From positions 73,906,001-73,970,000 of the forward strand of contig CM052817.1 in assembly GCA_028534125.1 (NCBI GenBank): a stretch of 64,000 nt of DNA, read 5' to 3'. The notes below the pieces were generated by a model. The model was not told the DNA's origin. It searched no databases and worked only from the letters and a program-made list of their open reading frames with translations. A program made the translations under genes and the position numbers. Positions within the stretch are counted from its first letter, which is position 1, and the number at the start of each line of letters is the position of its first letter. This stretch comes from Lama glama (Eukaryota). Below are positions 44,700-56,760 of the stretch, piece after piece.

Positions 44700-47600
44700 A
44701 AAAAACAACCTTATTTTCAGTTTACAGAAAAAACATGAAGTAAATACAGAGAATTCCCGTAAACTCCACATCCAATTTCCTCTATCATTAGCATCTTACA
44801 TTAGTATGGTGCTTTTGTTACAATTAACGAACCAATATCAATACATTATGATTAAAGTTCATACCAACTCAGATTTCCTTAGTTATTACCTAATGTCCTT
44901 TTTCTATTCCAGGACACTGCATAACATTTAGTTGTTACATCTCCTTAAGCTCTTGTTGGCAGTGACTGTTTCTCAGACATTCTTATTTTTGATGACCTTG
45001 ACAGTTCTGAGGAGAACTAGTCAGACTGTCCCTCTGTTGAAGTTTGTCTGATGTTTTTCTCACGATTAGACCAGAGTTACGTGTTTGAGGGAGAAAGACC
45101 CTAGGCCATTTTTATCATTTCGTATTTCAAGTGTACACGGTATGCATCTCACCGTGACATCACTACCGGTGTTAAACCTTGATCAGCTGGCTGAGGTGGT
45201 GCTTGTCAGTTTCTCCACTGTCAAGCTGCTCTTTCCCCACCTTTTTGAACTGTACTCTGCAAGAATGTCATCTTGCACAGTGCTCACTTGAGTGGATGCT
45301 TTTGCTCCACCTCCTTGAGGGAGACATCTACGTGAATTATTTTTCTTCTTATGCACAGGAGACTGGTTTATTGTCTCCAATTACTAATTTATTTGATCAT
45401 TTATTTATGTCAGCATGGACTCAGGAATATTTTTATATCTTGGGTTATAATCCAATATGACTTTATTTTGTTGATCAGGTTGTTTCAGCTTTGGCTGTTG
45501 GGAGCTCCTTCATTTGGCTCCAGTGTTCCCTTTGATCCAGTCCCTTCACTGTGGGTTTTTTTTTTTTTTAAGCACGTCCTTACTTAGTGGCACTACAATT
45601 ATTTCAGGCTCATCTTGTTTACTTCCCTCTTCAGTCCTAGAACCAGCCATTTTTCTGAGCCTTGGTTCCTTTCATTGAAGAAAGGTATAAAAGTTCTGGA
45701 CAGTAAGTATGCTCACTGCTACTGGGGTTCTGTTTCTTCTAGGCCCTCTCAGCTGTCAGAGCAAGGAGATATACTTGCATAAACACTCTTACATTTATAT
45801 ATATTGAAAAATATTATTGTCTGTAACCATATGTATCTACATTAGGCTAAATATAAGTTCATAGTGATGTCTCCAACTCTAATCCATTATTACATGAATC
45901 ATTCTAGCCTCTTCTCCTTATTGCATTATTCACTTATCTCCCATTTAAACCATCTGTTTTTCATTTATATGTTTGCTTCTAGTATATGTTTATAATAGTA
46001 TCAGAATTATCAGCCAATACCCCCATAGGAAATAAATTTATCAGAGTACAGAACTTACATACAATTTCTTTTGCTTTTAGTCTTACAGATGCCACTCTTT
46101 TCCAAAGTTACCTAGGTCAGCACCTTTTCCCTCACCCTGTTCTGTGAGGTGTTTCATGCATTTGTCATACAGTTAGGTTGTATTGTCACATTCTTCATTC
46201 CATCCTTGGATCCGCTGACCTCCTATGTGATATTTTAAAAATTTATTTTAAGATTAATTCTTTGTACTGTAAAAGTCTCTGGGTGAGTTTTGACAAATAC
46301 AATGTCATGTAGTCATCATTACAGTGTCAATACAGGATTGTTTCACAATCTTAAAAAGAAAAAAAAGCCCCGGGTTCCATTTATTTAATGTATCCCCCAC
46401 CCTTAAGCCTCTGCCAACCATTGATTTGTTTTTTAACTATCAATAGAATTTTCTTTCCCAGAATGTCATGTAATTGGAATATAGAGTAGGTACCTTTTCA
46501 GACTAGCTTCTTTCACTTAGCAATATGAATTTAAAACTCATACATGGCTTTTGGTGATTTAATACCTCTTTTTAAACCTATCCCTGCTGAAAAACATTCC
46601 ATTGCAAGGATGTACTGATTTGTTTACTCACTTGTCTTTGGAATGACATCTTGGTTGCTTCTAATTTTGGGTACGAATCCTGCCGTAAACATTCTAGTAG
46701 AGATTTTTTGAGTAGACATACACTTTCATCCGTTTTGGTAAATACATAGTACAATTACTGGGTTGTGTGGTAAGACTATAGTTTAGCTTTGAAAGAAATT
46801 TCTAAACTGTCCTCTAAATTGGCTATGACATTTTCCATTCCACAAGCAGTGAATGAGAATACCTGTTGTTTGACCTCCTTACCAGCAATTGGTATTGTCA
46901 GTTTAATAAAAATTTTTTAACCAAAATAATGTGTGCAGAGATACCACTTTGCTGTTTGAATCTGTAATTCCATAGTGAAATGTAATGTTGAGTCATAATC
47001 CTTATTTGCCACCTGTATATATTCTTTCCTGAGGTGTCTGTTTTAAGGTTTTTTTTGCCTGTTTTTGAATTGTGTTTGTTTTCTGTAGTTAACTTTTAAG
47101 AGTTAATTCTTTGTATGTTTGGGGTACAAGTCCTTTATCAGATATGTGTTTTGCAAGTATTTTCTTCTAGTCTGACTTATCTTTTCATTCTCCTAATAGT
47201 GTCTTCTACAGGGCAAGGGTTCAACTTAATTTTTTCTTTCATGAATTATGCTTTTGCCTAAAAAATCATCACCAATCCAAGGTCATACAGATTTCTGTCT
47301 CCTAGAATTTTTATACTTTTAGAGGAAACTATAGAAGAAGTGCTGTATACTTTCCATTTTATACTTAGGCTTATGGTGCATTTTGAGTTAATTTTTGGGA
47401 AAAGTATAAGGTCTATGTCTAGGTTCATCTTTTTGCTTATGGACATCCAATTAGTTTCAGCATCATTTGTTGAAAAAAGTATCCATTCTCCATTGAATTG
47501 TCTTTGCTCCTTTGTCAAAGATCTATTGACTATATTTATTTTGGTCTATTTCTTGGCTTTCTAGTATAGTCCAATGATCACCTATATCATGCTGGTATTG

Positions 47601-48318
47601 GATACTTGACTACTGGAGCTTTATAATAAATATTGAAATTGGGTAGTATGAATCTTCCAACTATGTTCTTCCTTTTCAATATGTGTTGCTATTCTGAGTC
47701 TTTTGCCTTTTCGTATAAAATGTAAATTACTTTGTCAATTATCTACAAAATAACCTCTTGGAGTTTTGATTGGGATTGCATTGAAGCTACAGAACAAGTT
47801 GGGGGGGGGAAATGACAAAATATTGAATTTTCCAGTCTATAAACATGGAATATCTATTAATTTATCCTTCTTGATTTATCAGAGTTTGTAGTTTTCTGTG
47901 TACAGATTTTGCATATATTTTGTTAGCCCTCATTTTTGATGCTATTGTAAATAGTATTTTTTTAAAACTTCACATTTCACATTGTTCATTGCTGGTATAT
48001 AGACAAACAGTTGAATTTCTTATATTAACAATTGTATCCTGCATCCTTGCTATCTTCACTTATTCATTCCAGGAGTTTTCCTGTCAATTATTTGGAGGTT
48101 TTGGCATCAGCAGTCTTACCATGTGTGAAAAAAATAAATAAATTCCTTCCTTTTTCCCTTTCCAATCTATAAACTTTTTCTTTTCTTATTGTACTTGTTC
48201 GGACTTCTCACATGGTATTGAATAGGAGTGCTGAGACAGGACATCTTTGCCTTGTTACTAATCCTAGGGGGAATATGTTCAGTTTTTTACTATTAAGTGT
48301 GATATTAGCTGGTGGGGT
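44700..48318 (-). mobile_element. old L1 (L1MC/MD-type) 3' part, outer element of nested cluster
   Basis: Antisense L1 3'UTR and ORF2 sequence; - strand ORF 47258-47518 (KMNLDIDLILFPKINSKC) is L1 ORF2-like. Confidence 0.85.
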
Positions 48319-48324
48319 CACTTT

Positions 48325-51300
48325 TTCTTCTTCCCAGTTCATAAAAATTATATACATTTAGGTTGTGCAATATGGTGTTTTGATACCCATGTATGTTGTG
48401 AAATGACTGCCACCATCGTGCTAATTAGCATATTCACCTCCTCACAGTTACTTCACTCGTTTTTATGGTGAGAACACTTTACATTTACCCTCAAACTTAC
48501 AATTAAATTTCAAGTGTACCATACATTACTATTAACATAGTCATCATGCTGTACATTAGGTCTCCAGAACTAGTTTATAACAGTTTGTCCACTCTGACAT
48601 TTCCCCTTTCCTCCTACTCCCCAGCTTCTGGCAATCACAATTCTACTCTGCTACTATGAGTTTGACTTTTTTTCTTGGATGCCACTTGTAAGTGACATGA
48701 GTAATATTTGTCTTTCTGTATCACAGATGGAAGGATTTCCTTCTTTATTAAGGTCTTATAATATTCTGTGTGATATTTTCTTTACTCATTCAGCTGTTGA
48801 CGGATGCCTAGATTATTTCCATATCTTGGTTACTGTGAATAATGCTGTAATGAGCTGAGAATTCAGGTATCTTTTAGAGATGATTTTATTTTCTTTGGAT
48901 ATATACTCAGAAATGGGATTGTTGGATCATATGGTATTCTATTCTCAGTTATTTGAGGAACCTCCACACTGTTTTCCACAGTGGCTGTAAAACATTCCCA
49001 CCAGCAGTGTACAAGTGTCTCCTATTTTTCACATCCTTATCAACACTTGTTATTTTTTGACCTTTTGGTAATAGCTACCCTAACAAGTGTAAGGTGATAT
49101 CTTATGGTATTGATTTTAATTTCCCTGGTAATTAATGATGTTGAGCATATTTTTATATACCTGTTAGTCATTTGTATGTCTTCTCTGGAAAATGTCTATC
49201 CAGGTCCTTGGTGCATTTTTTAGTTGTTTTTGGAGGGGTGGTGGTTTGTTTTTGCTATTGAGTTATTCCTATGTATTTGGATATTTAACTCTTACTGGAT
49301 ATATGGTTTTCAAAATATTTCCTCCCATTCTGTAGGTCATCTTTTCATCTTGTTGATTGTTTTCTTTGTTGTGTGGAAGATTTTAGTTTGATGAAGTCCC
49401 ACTTGTTTTTTGTTTGTTTATTTTGTTTTTGTTACCTGTGTTTTGGTGTTAAATCTAAAAAAACTATTGCCTGGGCCAAGGTCAAGGAGGTTTCTCCTAT
49501 GTTTTTTTCTAAACATTTTACAGTTTCAGGTCTTACATAAAAATCAACTCAAAATGAACTAAAGATTTAAATATAAGTTGTTCTTATAGAGGTCTAGTTT
49601 CATTCTTTTGCATATGTGTCCTGTTTCCCAACAGCATTTGTTGAAAAGGTTATCCTTTTCCCATTGTGTATTCTTGGTGTCTTTGTCAAAGATTAGTTAA
49701 CCATATATGTATGAGTTTACTTCTGGGCTATTTATGCTGTTCTATTGGTCTATATGTCTGGCTTTATGCCAGAACAATACGGTTTTGATCACTATAGTTT
49801 TGTAATATATTTTGAAATCAGAAAGTATGATGTCTCTAGCTTTGTTTTTCTTGCTCAAGATTGCTTTACTTATGTGGGGTCTTTTGTGGTTCCATACAAA
49901 TTTTAGGCTTTTTGTTTCTTCTGTGAAGAATACCATTGGAATTTTAATAGGAATTACATTGAATCTATAGCTTGCTTTGGGTAGTATGGGATTTTAATAG
50001 TATTAATTCTTGCAATCTATGGACACAAGATATTCTTTCACTTATTTGTGCCTTTTTCAACTTTTCATCAATGTGTTACAGTTTTCAGTATGCAGATCTT
50101 TCACCTACTGGGTTAAATTTATTCCTAAATAGTATTCTTCTTGATGCTCTTGTAAATAGGATTGTTTTCTTTATTTTTATTTCAGATAATTGGTTGTTAG
50201 TGTATGAAAATGTAGCTGATTTTTATATTGACTTTTGCATCCTGCAATTTTACTGAATTTTTAAAATTAGCTTTAACAGTTTTTTGATGGAAACTTCAGG
50301 TTACATATAAAATAATATCATCTATAAACAGAGACAATTTTATTTCTTCCTTTCCAATTTAGATGCCTTTCTTTCTTTCTTTTTTTTTTTCCTTGCCTAA
50401 ATGGTCTGGCTAGGACTTCCAGTACTCTGTTAAGTAAAAGTGTGGAGAGAGCACATGCTTATCTTGTTCCTGATTTTAGAGGAAAAGCTTTTTAGCTTTT
50501 CACTGTGGAGTATAGTATTAGCTGTGGGTTTGTCTAAATGGTCTGTATTATGTTGATGTACATCCCTTCTATAACTAATTTGTTGCGAGTTTTTAATATA
50601 AATGATGTTGAATTTTTGTCAAATGCCTTATCTGCATTTACTGAGATGATCATTTGATTTTTATCCTTAATTTTTAAATGTGATATAGCACGTTGATACT
50701 CTTTTTAAAATTTATTGAAGTCTGGTCAGTTTGCAATGTTAGTTTCAGGTGTACAACAAAGTAATTCTATTATACATATAAATACATACATATATGTTTC
50801 TAGTTTCTTTTCCATTGCAGCTCATTACAAGAAATTGAATATAGTTCCTTGTGCTATACAGTAGGTCCTTGTTGTTTATCTGTTTTATATATAGTAATGT
50901 GTATCTGTGATTCATATTCTTATGTTGAACCATCCTTGCATCCCAAGGATAAATCTTACTTGAGCATGATGTATGATCCTTCTAATGTGTTGTTGAAATT
51001 GGTTTGCTCATATTTTATTTAGGATTTTTGTATCTATATTCATCAGGGATATTGGCCTAAGGATAATTTTCTTATAGTGTACTTTTCTGGCTATGGTATC
51101 AGGGTAATGATTGCCTCATAAAGTGAGTTTGGAAATGTTTCCTCATGTTCAACTTTTTGGAAGTGTTTGAGAAGTATTGGCATTAATTTTTTTTTTAAAT
51201 GTTTGGTAGAATTCACTAAGTTAAACCCTCTGGTCCTGTGCTTTTCTTTGTTGGAGTATTTTAAACTACCGATTCAATCTCCTTACTTGCTTAATATATT

Positions 51301-53935
51301 AACGTTTAGATGCCCTAATATTGGTGCATATATATTTACAACTGCTGTAGCCTTTTGATGAATTGAATGCTTTACATTATATGATGACTTTCTTAGTCTC
51401 TTCTTAAATTATTGGACTTGAAGCCTATTTTGTCTGATATAAATATTGCTACCTCTCTTCTTTTCTGACTTTCACTTCATGGAATATCTTTTTCCATCCC
51501 TTCACTTTCAGCCTATAGGGTGTCCTTAAAGCTGAAGTGAATTTCTTGTCAGCACTGTATAGTTGGGTCTTATTTTTTAATCCATTAAGGCACTCCATGT
51601 CTTTGGATAATTTAATTCACCTATCTTTAAAGTAATTATTAATAGGTTAAGACTTACTATTGCCATTTTGTTAATTGTTTTCTGACTGTTTTGTAGTTTC
51701 CTTTTTCCTTTCTTGCTGTCTTCTTTTGTTATTTGATATTTTCTGTAGTGGCATGCTTTGATTTCTTTTTCTTTATCTTTTGTGTATTTACTGTATGTTT
51801 GCTTTTGTCATAAGGCTTATGTAAAACAGTTACAATATTCTGGTTTAATTTGATTGCATACAAAAACTCTACCTTTTTACTGCCCTACTCACATTTTTTT
51901 TTTGCTATCACAATTTACTTATTTTTATATTGTGTCTAAAACGTATTATTGTAGCTATAGTTATTTTTAATACTTGTATCTTTATACTTGTCTTTAATAT
52001 TTACCTTATTTTATACCACAGTTAACAGTAGTTTACATACTACTATTGCAGTATTAGAATATTCTAAAGTAGACTGTATATTTACCTTTACCAGTGCTTT
52101 GTATCTTCATATGATTCATGTTATTAGTGTCTTTTCATTTTAACTCAATGAACTCCTTTCAGTATCTTTTGTAAGGCAGGTCTCATGGTGATGAAATCCC
52201 TCAGATATTGTTTGTTTAAATAAAGTTTTTCTCTCTCCTTTATTTTGAAAGGACAGCTTTGCCAGGTAGAGTATTCTTGGTTGGCAGTTTTTTCTTTTAG
52301 CACGTTGAATATATTGTGTCATTCTCTCCTGGCCTAAAAGGTTTCTGCTGAAAAATTTGCTGATAGCCTTATTGGGTTCCCTTTTATGTGAAGAGTTTTT
52401 TTTTTTTTCTTGCTGATTTCAAAATTCTTTACCTTTGATTTTTGACAGCTTTATTACAGTGTGACTTGGTAGAGTCCTCTTTGGATTGAATTTGGGGACC
52501 TATGAGCTTCATATACATAGATGTCCATATCTACCTCCAGATTTGAGATGTTTTCAGCCATTATTTAATAAACTTTCTCTTAATCTCTTTTACTTCTTCA
52601 ACTCCCATAATGTGTTTCACATGTAAATTCCATGTTTTTACTTCAATCTTTTCTTTTTTGTTTTCTGCCTCTAACTGGGTAATTTCAAATGACTTGTCTT
52701 TGAGTTCACAGGTTCTGTCTTCTGCTTGATCAATCTTCTGTTCACTTTCTCCAGTGCAATTTTATTTTAGTCATTGTATTCTTCAGTTTCAGAATTTGCT
52801 TGGTTCATTTAAAATAATTTCTCTCTGTTGAATTTCTTGTTTTGTTCATGTACTGTCTTCCTGATTTTTTGTCTATCTATACTCTCTTGTACCTTACTGA
52901 GCTTCCTTAAAATAATTATTTTGAATTATTAGTCCAGCAGTTCTTAGATCTCTATTTCTTTGAAGACAGTTACTGGAAGTTTACTGTGTTGCTTTGGTGC
53001 TTTCATTTTCCCTCGCTTTTTCATGTTTTTTGTGGATTTGCCTTGATGTCTGCACATTTGATGGAGCAGTTACCTCTTCCAAACTTTATGGACTGGCTTT
53101 AGTAGGGAAAGATCTTTACCTACTTGTGGGTGTGAGGACTCTGGTTGAGTGGGGTGTGGTGGTTCCAACACTGAGGAGGTCATAGCAGCACAGTCTCCAT
53201 GCAGCTCTGTTAGTGAGGCTATAGGTCTGGGCTGTGGGTGCTCTTGCTGCAGAGCTCATGCTCTGGTGTCCTGGGCATAGGCACTTGTGGACTGGCTGCT
53301 GAGTCAGAATTTGTAGTATGGGCATGGGCAAAGGAGCCACAAAGCTGAGGTCTGGAGCATGGCCACAGAGTGGCTGTGGCTCCAGGTCTGGGGCATGGGC
53401 AGAACTGTGGGAGTTGGGAGGTGTGTGGCAACCCTGGTCCTGGAATGGTGCAACAGTGGCTCCCCCTTGGAGGGTAGGGTGTGCAGGGTGGGGAGTAGGC
53501 ATGCAGTAATGTCTCTCTGTCCAGTGGTCCTCTGCAGTGATGGCTGTTGGTTACCCCCATGGCAAAAGCTGTTGGAGCAGGCCCCTGGGCTTCACTCTGA
53601 TGAACACTATGGAGCCCTCAGCTGTGAAAACTATAGGAAATCCACAGCTGTCAGCTGCCACAGAGCCACTGGGAACCGTGGTGGCACCTGCTGTGTGGCT
53701 AGTACTGAGAGTCCCAACCCTTCTTTGTTCCTAGCCACTTCCAGAAATCTCAGTTATGTCAATCTCCCCAGAGATCCTTTGTGTGCAGTTACTCTGTTTT
53801 TTGTTCCACTGTGTTTCTACAGGTTCTCTTGAGTGTACTCTTGAGCCCTCCCAGGGCTTTTTTTAATTCATGGATAGCTATGTAAGTGTTGCTTCTGGTG
53901 CAGAGCAAAGGCTCCTATTTTTTGCTGACATCACT
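48325..53935 (-). mobile_element. L1MA-type element with 5'UTR, ORF1 and ORF2 remnants (internally deleted), nested
   Basis: ORF2-like pieces ([23 protein letters not shown], 49742-49936), ORF1-like piece (KNCQPRILYLAKLSFQNKGERKT, 52140-52322), GC-rich 5'UTR ~53100-53930 ending ttgctgacatcactc. Confidence 0.85.
50700..50912 (-). mobile_element. short young L1 3' end inserted in the L1MA element
   Basis: tttattgaagtctggtcagtttgcaatg...tatagttccttgtgctatacagtaggtccttgttgtttatc; flanked by atactctt/atattctt (degenerate TSD). Confidence 0.8.
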
Positions 53936-54650
53936 CAAGGAAAGCCTTGTCTGTTCCTAGTTTGCTGAGAACACCACCATGAATGGTTGTTGAATTTTGT
54001 TATATTCTTTTTCTGCAGCTCATATGATCATATTATTTTTTAACCTGTTGATATAATGGATTACATTAATTGATTTTCAAATGTTGAACCTGCCTTGCAT
54101 ATTTGGAATAAAACATTTGGTTATGGTATATAATTTTTTATAAATTATTGGGTTCAACTTGCTAATATTTTATTGAGGATGTTTATCTATATTCATGAGG
54201 GATATTGATCTATAGTTTTCCTTTCTTATAGTGTTTTTATCTGATTTTGATACTAGGGTAATTATCAGCCTCATAGAATGTGTTAGAATTTGTACACTCT
54301 GCTTCTGTTTTCTGGAAGAAAATGTGAAGAATTAATTTTTTTTTCCTCCCTAAGTATTTGGTAGAATTCACCAGTGAAATGAGCTTGGTACTTCCTTTTT
54401 TTAAAGTTTATTAATTACTGAATTAATTATTTAATACATAACAGGCTTTTAAAAATGATCTGTTTCTCTGAGTTTTGGTAGTTGTGTCTTTCAAGGAATT
54501 AGTCAATTTAATCTGTTATCAAATTTGTGAGCTTAGAGCTGTTTATAGTTTTCCTTTATTCTTTTGACATCTGTGAGATCAGTAGTAATGACCCCTTTTT
54601 CATTTGTGATATTGGTAATTTGTGTCTTTTCTCTTTTTTTTTTCTTGGTA
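53936..54650 (-). mobile_element. continuation of outer L1 ORF2
   Basis: ctgttcctagtttgctgaga...catgaatggttgttgaatttt resumes the sequence broken at ~48318. Confidence 0.75.
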
Positions 54651-55511
54651 ACAGCAAGTTTTTAAATCTCTGAACTTTAAAATTTGCTTCTATCTAAGAA
54701 GTCATTATTCACCTTGTCAAAATTTCTCTTATTTTTAAAATAAACTTCCTGGGGTTATGTATTGGAATGACTCCCTCCTGATGAGCTGCACAGTTCTTCA
54801 GATACCACTTTGTTCCCGGGCAAGGGAGCATCCACCAGAGATGGAGTCTAGAGTCACACTTTCTAATCTACAGCAAATTAAAATCCCACCTAACTGAAGA
54901 AACATCACAAATAACCGAAGAAACATTGCAAATAACCCCAAGGCCTTAAGTAAACTGGTCAGGGCACATTTTTTTGAGGCTGTATCTTATGAGGTCATTT
55001 GTTTGCAGTCCTACTTTCTGGCATATTAAGTCATTGTGTAAAGAATGTTCCCATGCCATGCCTCAAAGTTTGCAACTATCTATAAAGAAGAAATTATTAG
55101 TCTACAAGTTTGTACAAATCCAACAATATTCTGCATAAACCTTCCTGTCACCCCATTCTCAATCTCTTTGTCTCCTTTAAAGTTTATTATACCCACATGC
55201 AAAGAAAACTTAATATCCTCAAGAGAAAACTTTGAAGCACTGCCTAATTCTCCTCAGATTTCTCTAGATACCAGTACCTAATTATTTTATTATGGGGGTG
55301 GTGTGGTAATCCACTCCCAGAAGTAGAAAAATGTATTAAAACTTGATTATCCAAATAAAATCAAAATGAATAATTAGAAGATATGATTTAAACTCTCTTA
55401 AACCTCATAAAGGGCAGAGCATGTAAAATGTAAAACCATATCATCATACTGGGTTAATTTTAGGACAGTGCCACTAAATCAATATAGGTGTTTTGATGTA
55501 TCTCTAAAACA

Positions 55512-55745
55512 GGTAATGTAGTCATTAAGCAGTCTGGAATCAGAAAAGATTGAATCATAGTTCTGATATTACTAACCCTGTAGTCTTAGGCAAATTACTT
55601 AATTTTCTCTGTACCTCAATTTTATCATATATAAAATGGGGAAGCAAATAATTGTTGGTTGACATAAAAATGAAATTACAGATGCAAAGCATTTTAGATG
55701 CATGCCTGGTACAAGTGCCTATAAATATTAATGATAGTAATGATA
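55512..55745 (+). mobile_element. MIR SINE
   Basis: gtcttaggcaaattacttaattttctctgtacctcaattttatcatatataaaatgggg. Confidence 0.8.
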
Positions 55746-55816
55746 AGGATGATTAGTTGAATATGTTCAGAGGAGAGCAAGCAGTACATTTGCCTACCTT
55801 ACTTCAGTGGTGACCC

Positions 55817-56320
55817 TTTTAAAAATATCTTTATTGAAATCTACTTAACATATTACAAAATTCACTGATTTAAAATGGTTAATTGGGTAGTTTTAGTGTA
55901 TTAACAGAGTTGGGCATCACCGCCATCTAAGTTTAGAACATTTTCATCATCCCAAAAGAAATCCCATATCCGTAAGCAGACTGTTCCTCTCCACCCTGAC
56001 CCCAAGTCCTAAGCACTAATCTGCTTTCTGTCTATGTAGATATACCTATTCTAGACATTTATATAAAAGGAATCATACAATATGCAGTCTTTTGTAACTG
56101 GCTTCTTTCACTTAGCGTTATGCTTTCAAGGTTCATTCATGTTATAGCATCTATCAGCACTTAATTCCTTTTTATTGCCAAATGCTATCCCTTTGGATGG
56201 ATATACCACATTGTATCTATTCACTCATTAGTTGATGGACTCTTGGGTTGTTTCCACTTTTTGGGTATTACGAATAATGCTGCTCTAAACATTAATGTAA
56301 ACGTTTTTATGTAGACATGA
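55817..56320 (-). mobile_element. L1MB-type 3' end
   Basis: tagaacattttcatcatcccaaaagaaatccc...aatcatacaatatgcagtcttttgtaactggcttctttcacttagc. Confidence 0.85.
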
Positions 56321-56451
56321 ATCATGACCATTTTCAAGAGGAAATTTTAAAATTTCCTTTGATAAATATGAAAGGATCCCCTGTTCACATCACCTTCAAA
56401 GAAGGCTTACTGCTCAACTCGTAAGTGCGATTATCTGACAACCTCATAATC

Positions 56452-56760
56452 TGTGAGCTCCTTCAAAGTCGGCCTTGGCAGCAGAGAATCACTTCACTTA
56501 AGTTCTTGCCCTTTCCAGGGCAGCCCACATAGAATGACTGACCAGAGAAGGACTATAAAGATCAGCCATTTCAGTTCAGTTTGCTCAAGGGCTTCCAGTC
56601 TGGTTGGCCAAGGTTTGCCGGCAACCCATTGTAGTTTGACTTCTTCCCATCCCCAGTCCTGCTTCCTGTCCTTTTCTTCACAGGTGTTGATCTTTCTAAT
56701 AAACATCTTGTGCCCCCAGCTTCATCTCATTGTTGCTGTCTTGGTGACCCAACCTAGAAC
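56452..56760 (+). mobile_element. ERVL LTR (LTR16-like)
   Basis: ttcttcccatccccagtcctgcttcctg...caggtgttgatc...taataaacatcttg...ccaacctagaaca. Confidence 0.6.

Noticed and set aside
47258..53832. Multiple ORFs in the 47-54 kb region
   Set aside because: Fragments of decayed L1 ORF1/ORF2/5'UTR, not host genes; no intact retrotransposon ORF.
54896..54937. 21-bp direct tandem duplication gaagaaacat(ca/tg)caaataacc
   Set aside because: Only two adjacent copies without spacers; an ordinary microduplication, not an array or CRISPR.
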